In this document: positions 22,495-32,700 of the stretch, piece after piece | Layout of the letters: each line of letters opens with the position of its first letter | Numbering within the stretch: the stretch's first letter is position 1 | Source: Tubiluchus corallicola | Taxonomy: Eukaryota; Animalia; Priapulida | DNA length: 33,515 bases | Reading direction: 5' to 3' | Assembly: GCA_030141605.1 (NCBI GenBank) | Contig: JAQGDQ010001590.1 | Span: 1 to 33,515, forward strand | Notes under the pieces: model-generated | Databases searched by the model: none | Told to the model about the DNA's origin: nothing | What the model saw: only the letters and a program-made list of their open reading frames with translations | Position numbers and translations under genes: made by a program

Positions 22495-22614
22495 ATGAGT
22501 AGACTTCTAAGATTTCCGGTGCTGCTGATTGTTAGCCGTGTTAACAGAACTATCGCTCGCAAGATGTCGGAAAAGATTTCGCCTTTGAAGAATCCGAAGA
22601 TTCAGTACACGAAG
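22495..22614 (+). CDS. ALDH1A: Aldehyde dehydrogenase (ALDH1A/ALDH2 family), coding exon 1
   Basis: MSRLLRFPVLLIVSRVNRTIARKMSEKISPLKNPKIQYTK. It ends in KIQYTK like vertebrate ALDH1A1 exon 1, has donor AAG|GCAAGT, and is preceded by the acceptor TTTGTTTCTGTTTTTCAG. Confidence 0.82.
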
Positions 22615-22716
22615 GCAAGTTTGCCGTGAGGTTTATTGAAATCCGCGCGGAACGTGGCGTAAACCTTTCACTTACACGAATCCTCTTTTTTATATAAACA
22701 CATTTTTTAGTTGTTG

Positions 22717-23378
22717 TATGTGCGCTTGCAAATCGTAACCGTCCATAAGTCGGCATAGTTGAATTAAGTTATGGTGCTTCAAAGTAGAATGCACCAAAAA
22801 GTTTGGTCAATTGTCAACTTTTCGTATTTTATAAAAACCGGCATCTAATATATTGAACTTTTATATTCTAGCATCATATTATCAGGAAAGTGTTCAAACA
22901 ACATTAAAAATATAATTTCATAACTCCTTACCCACTTTTCTGTCTAGAAACTAAAACTGCAACTGTAAAAAACTTGTATTTTCAAACTCTGACAGTAACT
23001 CATGGAAGCAGTCATTTTACTTCGGGTTTTTCTGTTGCCAAGCCCAGATTTTCGTCAGGAAGAGCCGTCTACTGGATCTAAACATAACTTCAGTGTTCTT
23101 GCAAAGTCCATAGCAACCAATATTTGTGCGGTTGCTAAGTGTTTTGTAGAAATACGACAAAAAACAATGGCTGACTTTAACAGTGATTTTCTCAAGGTTA
23201 TGTTTTTCATTGCATGGCCTGCACCTCAACTTCAACGTGGATTATCTCAACTTAGAAACAACATAGAGAAATGAACTTGGTATCAAAATGATCCTCAGGA
23301 AATGGAGATTCAGGATATGTGAATAACTAGAAAAGCTTAATTACTGACTTATGGACGATTTCGCTATGCATGCACATA
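22717..23378 (+). mobile_element. MITE family C, copy 1 (ALDH intron 1)
   Basis: Imperfect TIRs around CGTCCATAAGTC / GACTTATGGACG with TATGTGC..GCACATA ends. Homologous along its length to 27975-28629 in reverse. Confidence 0.8.
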
Positions 23379-23683
23379 TTTGTTCTAATGTTACATATTA
23401 TGTTAGCTAAATAAATCTTGAAATCTTTAGTTTGGGGGCACATTTTTTCTGGACGACCCTGTATAAGGTGCGTTTGACGGTCCAACTCCTGACCAGAGGT
23501 ATTGTTTTAGTATTTGTATACCTTCAGAAGTTACCAAGAAGCCAGTTTGTCAGTTTTTCGTAAATTTGTATTTTAAAGAAAGATTATACAAGCACTTCTT
23601 GCTCTTTCACCAAGCACTTTCCCTACCCGTTTTCGCTAAATGTTTATGCCAAAAGATTTTAATTTGAAATATTTGCATTTCAG

Positions 23684-23788
23684 ATATTTTATGACAACGA
23701 GTTCCACAACTCGGTTAGCGGAAAAACGTTTGCTACTTTTAATCCGGCAACCGAAGAAAAAATTGCTGACCTACAAGAGGGTGATAAG
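23684..23788 (+). CDS. ALDH1A: Aldehyde dehydrogenase coding exon 2 (105 nt)
   Basis: tttcag|IFYDNEFHNSVSGKTFATFNPATEEKIADLQEGDK|gtaagt. Same boundaries as ALDH1A/ALDH2 exon 2. Confidence 0.95.
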
Positions 23789-23834
23789 GTAAGTTTTTGA
23801 TGTAAATGAGGTAGATACAAAAATATAATGAAGC

Positions 23835-24196
23835 CCTTTAACAGTTTCAGTGATTGATGATGATCGTGAAAAGGTCAAAGGTTAAGTGTACCAGACGCGC
23901 ATTTGTGTACACTTGACAACGCCTCACAGCTCAAGCTATTGTAATAGTAACAGTTTTAACGATTAACTAGAACTTTACCTAGTTCATTTTTTCTTGTTCC
24001 CAAGCAAGATCCTGCTAGTAAATCACTCTATGCACAGACTAATGCATAATTATGTAAAGTCCGCGTAAAACAACTGAATTCACTGAACTGATGCGGCAGA
24101 CGGCTTTGCTTTACACAAGTGTCACATGGCGGTTGTAGTTAAGATGCGCTGCTGTGGAACGCTCAACCTTTGACCTACAGCAAAACTGTGAAAAGG
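23835..24196. mobile_element. Short MITE with TIRs, followed by a partial tandem copy from about 24200
   Basis: CCTTTTAACAGTTT / AAACTGTGAAAAGG (13/14) and subterminal AGGTCAAAGGTT / AACCTTTGACCT. Internal 23852-23955 recurs at about 24200-24315. Confidence 0.6.
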
Positions 24197-24385
24197 CATA
24201 TTGATGACGACCGTGAAAAGTTGAATGTTAAGTGTACAACATTATTTGAATCAGACGTCACATCTGTTTACACTTGACAACGTCTCAAAGCCCATGCAGT
24301 TGTAACAGTAACTGTTCTTGCTGTTAATCTGTGCCTCATTTATTTCATTTTACATGGATTGCTGCTTCCATTTTGCCAATTGTGT

Positions 24386-25986
24386 ACCTAACAACGTCAT
24401 ACGAAACCTAACTACGCATCTGTTTACACTTGACAACGTCATATGAACCTAACAATGCATTTGTTTACACTTGACAACGTCATATGAACCTAACAACACA
24501 TTTGTTTACACTTGACAACATCATATGAACCTAACAATGCATTTGTTTACACTTGACAACGTCATATGAACCTAACAACACATTTGTTTACACTTGACAA
24601 CGTCATATGAACCTAACAACGCATCTGTATACACTTGACAACGTCATATGAACTTAACAACGCATCTGTTTACACTTGACAACATCATATGAACCTAACA
24701 ATGCATTTGTTTACACTTGACAACGTCATATGAACCTAACAACGCATCTGTATACACTTGACAACGTCATATGAACCTAACAACGCATCTGTTTACACTT
24801 GACAACATCATATGAACCTAACAATGCATTTGTTTACACTTGACAACGTCATATGAACCTAACAACACATTTGTTTACACTTGACAACGTCATATGAACC
24901 TAACAACACATTTGTTTACACTTGACAACGTCATATGAACCTAACAACGCATTTGTTTACACTTGACAACGTCATATGAACCTAACAATGCATTTGTTTA
25001 CACTTGACAACGTCATATGAACCTAACAACACATTTGTTTACACTTGACAACATCATATGAACCTAACAATGCATCTGTTTACACTTGACAACGTCATAT
25101 GAACCTAACAACACATTTGTTTACACTTGACAACGTCATATGAACCTAACAATGCATCTGTATACACTTGACAACGTCATATGAACCTAACAACGCATCT
25201 GTTTACACTTGACAACATCATATGAACCTAACAATGCATTTGTTTACACTTGACAACGTCATATGAACCTAACAACACATTTGTTTACACTTGACAACGT
25301 CATATGAACATAACAACGCATTTGTTTACACTTGACAACGTCATATGAACCTAACAGTGCATCTGTTTACACTTGACAACATCATATAAACCTAACAACG
25401 CATTTGTTTACACTTGACAACGTCATATGAACCTAACAACGCATCTGTATACACTTGACAACGTCATATGAACCTAACAACGCATCTGTTTACACTTGAC
25501 AACGTCATATGAACCTAACAACGCATCTGTTTACACTTGACAACGTCATATGAACCTAACAACGCATCTGTTTACACTTGACAATGTCATATGAACCTAA
25601 CAACGCATCTGTTTACACTTGACAACGTCATATGAACCTAACAACGCATCTGTTTACACCTAACAACGCATCTGTTTACACTTGACAACGTCATATGAAC
25701 CTAACAACGCATCTGTTTACACCTAACAATGCATCTGTTTACACTTGACAACGTCATATGAACCTAACAACGCATTTGTTTACACCTAACAACGCATCTG
25801 TTTACACTTGACAACGTCTCAAAGCCCATGCAGTTGTAACAGTAACTGTTCTTGGTGTTAATCCGTGCCTCATTTATTTCATTTTACGTGGATTGCTGCT
25901 TTCATTTTGCTAATTGTGTACCTAGCAACATCCTATGAACCTAACAACGCATCTGTATACACTTGACAACGTCATATGAACCTAAC
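24386..25986. repeat. 41-bp minisatellite (about 35 copies) with a higher-order duplication of its flank
   Basis: Unit AACGCATCTGTTTACACTTGACAACGTCATATGAACCTAAC. Flank 24260-24400 recurs at 25795-25935 and is followed by more units. Confidence 0.96.
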
Positions 25987-26408
25987 GTCTCCAGGGGGCA
26001 TGCCTGGGCAAGGTGTAAGTTGATCCTGAGTTGCCCAGACCGCTGGAACCCCTCTCTTCCTCCCTGGTGTAGTCCAAAGCAAAGCGGAGCGATACGTTTG
26101 ACACCAGGTTGGCTGCAGGAGCTGCCGGAGTCAGTGAGCATGCTGCACTGGTCCGTATTCGGGGCTCCACTCATGATTTGGAAGGTTTACTCCTCTACAC
26201 ATGGGTCACTTGACCTCCTCCGCCCTCTAGCCGTTGGCTGCTTGTGCAGCTCCTCCTCCTAGTGTCGAGATACAGTGTGGCATCCCGCAAGCCTACAGCA
26301 CCTGGTATTCCTAGGCGGTCACCCATCCAAGTACTAACCAGACTCTATGTTGCTTGACTTCGGTGATCAGACGAGAACCGGTGTTTTCAACGTGATTTGG
26401 CCGTAGAA
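25987..26408 (-). mobile_element. 5S rRNA-headed retroposon (SINE3-like): 120-nt 5S head plus ~300-nt GC-rich body resembling an RTE-clade 5'UTR, 3'-truncated
   Basis: The 5S sequence at 26408-26289 runs without an oligo-T terminator into GCGGGATGCCACACTG.... The body contains GGAGTAAACC, GAGTGGAGCCCC, CCGGCAGCTCCTGCAGCCAA, CTGGTGTCAAACGTAT and TTTGGAC..CACCAG..GAGAGGGG, motifs I recall from RTE 5' regions (not searched). Confidence 0.8.
26289..26408 (-). rRNA. Full-length 5S rRNA-derived sequence (retroposon head, probably not a functional 5S gene)
   Basis: TTCTACGGCCAAATCACGTTGAAAACACCGGTTCTCGTCTGATCACCGAAGTCAAGCAACATAGAGTCTGGTTAGTACTTGGATGGGTGACCGCCTAGGAATACCAGGTGCTGTAGGCTT. Box A and box C are recognisable, there are several substitutions, and there is no TTTT terminator. 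Confidence 0.85.
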
Positions 26409-26639
26409 TGTAGGTACAGTGTCTGTAATCGTAGTGCCACTTGTAGCTGTGAGAGTAATTCACATTTTAAAAAGCAACGTGCGAGATGTTTTACGCACCG
26501 AAAAGACCAACTTCGCATGGTCTTTTGTTTTATAATTACCAGGTGTTGTTCTTTAATGAGGAGAAGATATTGTCTGACACTCAGTTGAAGATGATGCTTA
26601 ACAACATAGAATTTTACTTTTCAATTAAAGGAAAAGCGT

Positions 26640-27727
26640 ACAACATCTTAAACTGTAGCTGAAAATAATCTACCATGCAAAATATTGAAAATGAGCGTGC
26701 CGTTTTTCAAGAATGACTTAAATCAGGGGTGTGCAAATTGCGGCCCGCTGGCCACTTGCGGCCCGCCGAGAGAATTTGTGCGGCCCGCGAAGAGATTTGC
26801 CAACCTAATGAAAGTGCGGCCCGGGCGATTAATTGAGTGTATCCAGCTGAAGTCCATGCCACGATCCCAAAGATAGTGCGGGTAGTTTTTTCCACTAGAT
26901 CGGATGCCATTAACCCTTACAAGACGGTTGTAGCTTAATGTCACTGTGCTACACACACTGTGTGATACACATTACTAATATGCATTGTAATGAAATTACC
27001 ACTATCTGTCCTGAAAGTAGAAATATACGGTTTGTAATATAAATTTTAATAACTTCTAAAATAGTTTCTTGAGTGTAGTAGTGCAGTAGTAATGATGTAC
27101 GCAGGTCGGATGCAAAAAAAATTGTTATTAGGCCTTTCTGTACTTGGCTCCTTGACCAAACTGCCTGTGGCCCGCAGGAATTGCGGGAATGTTTAATGTG
27201 GCCCAGCTAGTCAGATAATTTGCACACCCCTGACTTAAATGAAAGAATTATTACCATAGAAATGTAGTTTTGTGTTTGCGCCACTAGTTCTTCTGTTATA
27301 AAACACTTTTTAATTTAGCATGGTCTTCAAGTGTTGGTTTTTGGGGCTGATTTCTCGTAATTTTTATCTACTTGTATTACGATTTTAGCTTTGTCTATTA
27401 TAGTCAATTGTGTGTGTACTGTTTATGTATTCAAAATTATGTATGTAAAATGCATTTTTCCATTTTAATGTTAACTAACATTTTAAATATCCAATAAATT
27501 ATGTATTTTGCCATTCACTAGTAAGTTGGGCAATAGCATCTATGTCTAGAAGGCACGTTGCACAAAAACAGGTGCTGTACCTCTCAATTTAAAGGTGCTC
27601 AGTTGTGACATAGTGCACATGTTTGAAAGCTCATGCGCAGCATAGCAATAAACTTGAAATTTGAATTTTTAAATTTTAAAAATTTGCCTAGTTTTTGTAT
27701 CTCTGTACAGTAGCACGATGCTTTTCA
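26640..27727. mobile_element. Old interspersed repeat family B, copy 1, interrupted by the hAT MITE and a ~200 bp insert
   Basis: Its reverse complement aligns by eye with 32330-32700 (e.g. TGGTAATAATTCTTTCAT, TTTTTGTGCAACG, AAAAATTCAAATTTCAA). Confidence 0.65.
26724..27232. mobile_element. hAT (Charlie-like) MITE, copy 2, 509 bp
   Basis: Perfect 16-bp TIR CAGGGGTGTGCAAATT and perfect 8-bp TSD ACTTAAAT (26716-26723 / 27233-27240). Confidence 0.96.
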
Positions 27728-27811
27728 ATATTGTACGAAGCAGTTCTGTTTTATTCTTATCTATAGATGACTTACCACGAAGCCATTCAACATTTTTACT
27801 TTTTAATTTAG

Positions 27812-27952
27812 GCAGACATCGACCTTGCCGTGAAAGCTGCCAGGACCGCGTTTAAGATAGGCTCACCGTGGAGGTGTCTGGATGCTTCCGAACGAGGTCG
27901 TCTCCTGAACAAGCTAGCCGATGCCATCGAGCGGGACATTCAGCAACTTGCC
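27812..27952 (+). CDS. ALDH1A: Aldehyde dehydrogenase coding exon 3 (141 nt)
   Basis: atttag|[47 protein letters not shown]|gtaaga. Confidence 0.96.
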
Positions 27953-27974
27953 GTAAGATGATAGCAGGTTTCAG

Positions 27975-28629
27975 TGTGTCTCTTGGAAAATTATCCATAA
28001 GTCGGCAATTAAGTTTTTCTAGTTATTCACATATCCTGAATCTACATTTCATGAGGATCATTTTGATACCAAGTTCATCACTCTATGTTATTTCTAAGCT
28101 GAGATAATCCACGTTGAAGTTGAGGTGCAGGCTGCACACTGAAAAACATAATCTTGAGAAAATCACTGTTAAAGTTAGCCATTGTTTTTTGTCACGTTTC
28201 TACAAAACACTTAGCAACCGCACAAATGTTGGTTGCTGTGGACTTTGCAAGAACACATTGAAGTTATGTTTAAATCCAGTAGATGGCTCTTCCTGATGAA
28301 GATATGAGCTTTGCAACAGAAAAAAATCCGAAGCAAAATGACTGCTTCCATGAGCTACTATCAGAGTTTGAAAATACAAGTTTTTTACAATTGCAGTCCT
28401 AGTTTCTAGCCTGTAAAGTGGGTACGGGGTTATAAAATTAGATTTTTAGTATTTTTGAATATTTTTTCGATAGTTTGATGCTTGAATGTAAAAAATTCAA
28501 TATATTTAGCATTGGTTTTTATAAAATACGAAAAATTACATCAAATTTTTGGGTCTTTCCACTTTGAAGCATCAGAGCGTAGTTTTAACTAAGCCGACTT
28601 ATGGACGGTTTTGGTTTGCAAGCAACACA
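27975..28629 (-). mobile_element. MITE family C, copy 2 (ALDH intron 3), inverted relative to copy 1
   Basis: Reverse complement of 22717-23378. The paired spurious ORFs 23017-23235(-) and 28114-28296(+) show the homology. Confidence 0.8.
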
Positions 28630-28752
28630 GCTGCATTGTCAACTTTCTCACTATCGATTGTGTTTTGTCTGAAAGTATAAAAATCTTGATTTTGTCTTAA
28701 TTGTGGTGACACGGTCTTCTTTCATTAAGCTGCATATTTTAGCTAATTACAT

Positions 28753-28982
28753 CTAAAGCCATTGTTGGTGGAATTCATTAACCGAATTAATGGACTAAAG
28801 CCATTATTGGTGGAGTCGATTAACCGAATTAATGGACTAAAGCCATTATTGGTGGAATTGATTAACCGAATTACTTACTTACTTGCTTACTTACTTACTT
28901 ACTTACGTACTAATGTACTTACTTTCTTACTTACTCACTCATACACTCACTCACTTACTTACTTACTCACTCACTCACTTAC
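28753..28982. repeat. 42-bp tandem repeat x3 followed by an (ACTT)n/(ACTC)n microsatellite
   Basis: CTAAAGCCATT starts at 28753, 28795 and 28837. The tetranucleotide tract spans 28871-28982. Confidence 0.92.
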
Positions 28983-29162
28983 CTCTCATAGGTGAAGTTT
29001 TTCCTATGCTGATTGCTTTTATAAAAATATTTTTCTCATATTTTTTGTCATTAATTAATTGTGGCTCTAATTACCAGTATTTTTCATAAATCTCTGCGGT
29101 TCAATTTACCAATTATTACCCGTTGCGGGAAACGAGTTGGAAAAAGGAGATGCTGAAAAATT

Positions 29163-29222
29163 GTTACCCAGTCGGGAATTGAACCTGTGACCTGGGAATA
29201 GTGCTGTACCAGCTGAGCGGCT
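29163..29222 (-). mobile_element. Degenerate tRNA-derived sequence (SINE head or pseudogene)
   Basis: Minus strand has GCTCAGCTGGTA (A-box-like) and GGTTCAATTCCCG (B box). The anticodon arm is degraded. Confidence 0.45.
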
Positions 29223-29405
29223 TTCTCCAACTCATTACCCGCAGTGGGTGGGTAGTAATTGGTAAAATAAACCGCAACCATTTACGAAAAATTCTTGCAA
29301 TCACAGTCGTAAATAATTAACGATATCGTTAGTTGCCGGCTAATTTGGGAAAGTTTTTGCCGTAGTTTTTCCGCTTTGTTAAACTTTTTACGTTTCCATT
29401 TGCAG

Positions 29406-29532
29406 AGCCTTGAGACAATTGACAGCGGAAAACCATTCAGAAGCTCCCTCGGAGATATCCAATTCTCCGTATCCTGCTTACGCTATTACGCCGGCTGGGC
29501 TGATAAAATCTGTGGAAAAACAATTCCAGTCG
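29406..29532 (+). CDS. ALDH1A: Aldehyde dehydrogenase coding exon 4 (127 nt); gene continues beyond the window
   Basis: ttgcag|SLETIDSGKPFRSSLGDIQFSVSCLRYYAGWADKICGKTIPV+G|gtaaat, phase 1 as in ALDH1A/ALDH2. The expected next exon (YTRHEP.GVCGQI) was not found before 33515. Confidence 0.95.
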
Positions 29533-29592
29533 GTAAATATTTGTAAATACCCGATTGATTATGTTAATTTTATGCGTCTGTGTCAGTAGACC

Positions 29593-30052
29593 GTGTGTAC
29601 TTAGGTTAATATATGCGGGGTGAGGTGTGTAATTAGGTTAATATATGCGGGGTGAGGTGTGTACTTAGGTTAATATATGCGGGGTGAGGTGTGTACTTAG
29701 GTTAATATATGCGGGGTGAGGTGTGTACTTAGGTTAATATATGCGGGGTGAGGTGTGTAATTAGGTTAATATATGCGGGGTGAGGTGTGTACTTAGGTTA
29801 ATATATGCGGGGTGAGGTGTGTACTTAGGTTAATATATGCGGGGTGAGGTGTGTACTTAGGTTAATATATGCGGGGTGAGGTGTGTACTTAGGTTAATAT
29901 ATGCGGGGTGAGGTGTGTACTTAGGTTAATATATGCGGGGTGAGGTGTGTACTTAGGTTAATATATGCGGGGTGAGGTGTGTACTTAGGTTAATATATGC
30001 GGGGTGAGGTGTGTACTTAGGTTAATATATGCGGGGTGAGGTGTGTACTTAG
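29593..30052. repeat. 32-bp minisatellite, about 14.4 nearly identical copies, followed by (AG)n
   Basis: Unit GTGTGTACTTAGGTTAATATATGCGGGGTGAG. Confidence 0.97.
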
Positions 30053-31364
30053 AGAGAGAGAGAGAGAATAACTTACAGAAAGTGAAACAGCACCACGGAA
30101 TTCAAAAAGAAGTAAAAATAAACCTAAAGAATGGAAAGATCATTTCTTCAAAGGGCGTGTCAGATAATAAGGATTGAAATGCTTTCAAAACAACTTTTAT
30201 CCCGATTTGTTAAATAATGTGTTAGTGTCAATTATAAGAATTATGCGCTTCCCAATTATTTGAGCTGATAATGGGATACGCGTTGCTAAAATAGTCGCGA
30301 TTATCCTACCCAGAGAAAAAAGTCGCTCTCTCGCGATAATGCCCACATGAGCAATACTGGTGTTTTGGTGCATTTGAATGATGCATATGTCAAACTAAGC
30401 AATACCCGATAATTAACTTAAGCACTTGGTAATTATAATTACGTAATGTAATGACTTGTAAAGCACCGTAACGTGAAAATAATAGCGATGACTCGCCCCC
30501 CAACCTCCTGACCCCTCTTTGCCGTGATTTTCGAATTACGATTTCGAGTAACGATTTACCGGAAGTGACCAGGTGACTGACCCGTGCATTATACTCAGTT
30601 GGTCAGTAGAACAATGGCAAAAATGTAACGCATGGTCGCTGCCCGGGGTCCAGTTTTCCCACTACAACCACCCGCTGGCTGCAGCGCATGCGTAGTTACA
30701 GAAACAAAATGTAAGTGTTATAAACTTAAAACCATCGAAAGAACTCTCTCATATCAGTCAGGGTACTCAAAGAGTATTTACTTTTTGAACACTCGGTAAC
30801 CTTGCTTCAATTTTTAGCAGTGAGCATAATTATCCTTCCAAGTAGCTGCATTATTGGTGCCCCCCGCATTTGCGAATTATTGAAAAATAAGGAAATAAAT
30901 CGATTTTTTGAACAAAAATTTAAAAATAAGCGTATCGTTTTCTTGTATTTTTGGTAACAGGAAATTTTTTAATGCATTTATACCCATCAAAATTCCCATA
31001 AAAAGCACTACTTTCCTAATGATCTACTGACTAACTGATTGACTGACTGACTAAATGACAACTACTTTATTTCATTCGCTTTATGTAAGCATGAAATAAA
31101 ATTGCAAATAATCAATTGATGAATGTGTTAATTAAACAATACCACAGATGTCACATATTTTGAAGAACAATATAGGAAAATAAATTAAAGACAGTCCCCT
31201 ATCTTAGACATTGACCTGTGTTGAAGGATCATGACATAGTAACTATTTAACCTCTAATTTAAGCAATCATTTTAATTACAAGTCGCCTAAAATGTTTATC
31301 TAGTGTCCATGGCAGTAAGGTGTGATCAATTCAACGTTTACAGAAAAGCATAGGTTTATTATTT

Positions 31365-31708
31365 GTGTCTATTTGTTCATTCGTTGATTTGTCGATATGT
31401 GAATTTGATGGTTTATTTGTTCGATTGATCACTTCGTTCGTTTGTTTGTGCATTCATTTGTTCGTTCATTCTCTCACTCCTTCATTCCTTCATTTATCCA
31501 TCTATTGGTTCATTCATTCACTCATTCATTTATTCGTTCGTTCATTCATTCGTTCGTTCGTTCGTTCGTTCGCTTCGTTCGTTCGTTCGTTCGTTCGTTC
31601 GTTCATTCATTCATTCATTCGTTTATTTATTACTCACTCATTCTTCCTCATTTACTCATTAATTCGTTCGTCAATTAACTCATTCATACATTTATTTATT
31701 CGTTCATT
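31365..31708. repeat. Imperfect (TTCG)n/(TTCA)n microsatellite
   Basis: Seen directly. It explains the SFVR/SFIH ORFs. Confidence 0.92.
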
Positions 31709-32329
31709 TATATTCCATTATTCACTCGATGAGTCACGCTCATTAGCTTTACTTTTATGGCTGTAGCACCTATAGCAACTTCATCAGGTTTTTCAAAAGG
31801 CTCTCGTAAGTTCATTTTTTCTACAAGAAAAGAAAAACATTTGACCAGTTCTGAAGTGCATGTTTTTCGGGCGTTAAATGCAAATTTGTTTAATTTATGA
31901 CGAACCAAGAAAAGTGTGACTTTAGCAACCTTGAGATTCTTACACACGTTTCTTGTTTGAGAAAAAGTAGAAAAGTTGAGAAGTGAAGGATAAATTCCTT
32001 TGCAATTTTGAAGCGAAGATTTTTCATTATTTTTTTCTTTTATTAAACAAAGTCACAACCAAAATTAGCGACAAATTATTAGACCATTTTGATGAGGTTT
32101 TTAAAGGAAGACAGGATGATTTTTCATATGCTATCCCATTTTCAAGTACGGTAAAAAAAAAGTATACATTTTTACACCAATAATACAGGAAAACCGTTTC
32201 TAATAGTTAAATAATAGGTTAAAACGTTAACTAATGGCGGGCGAGCCTAACTATTGATGGCATCACAAACGAACCTAATTTTCAATAGCAAAAACATTCC
32301 TTGGGCGTGTTGCACGCGTTTGTGAAAGA

Positions 32330-32700
32330 GAAAGTACAGCACTACTGTAGGAGATTCCGTGTATTGTAATGTAACTCGGAAAGTTTTAAGATAAAAATTC
32401 AAATTTCAAATTTACCGCTGTGCTCACGCATAAGCTGTGTGTACTTCGTCACGAACTAACACATCTGACCTGGGAGGTATAGCATCTGTTTTTTGTGCAA
32501 CGCGTTTTCAAAATGCAGGCGCTAGAGTCCGTCCAACTAGAGAATGGCGAAATACGTGTAATAGCGAAGAGTTAGTGACCTGAACGCGAAATTGCATTTG
32601 TGTGGTAATAATTCTTTCATGTTTGGCATTATGGAAAAAATAGTATGTTTCTTTTTCATATTTTAAAGAGTGGATTATTTTGACTTACAGTTCAAGATTG
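32330..32700. mobile_element. Old interspersed repeat family B, copy 2 (inverted; lacks the hAT MITE)
   Basis: Diverged reverse-complement match to 26640-27727, continuous across the MITE insertion point. Confidence 0.65.

Noticed and set aside
5036-26408. Functional link between RPF2 (a 5S-binding factor) and the nearby 5S-derived sequences
   Set aside because: The 5S pieces belong to a dispersed repeat, are mutated or truncated, and lie kilobases away. Coincidence is sufficient.
26289-26408. Functional 5S rRNA gene or Cassandra-like TRIM
   Set aside because: There is no terminator or tandem array, it has helix-disturbing substitutions, and no LTR pair, PBS or PPT is present.
29593-30052. 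Telomeric repeat (TTAGG)
   Set aside because: Only one TTAGG per 32-bp unit, not a tandem telomere tract.
31708-32183. Transposase fragment or ALDH exon 5 in ORFs 31708-31947 and 31983-32183
   Set aside because: No recognisable motif in the frames I read, and no YTRHEP/GVCGQI-like sequence.
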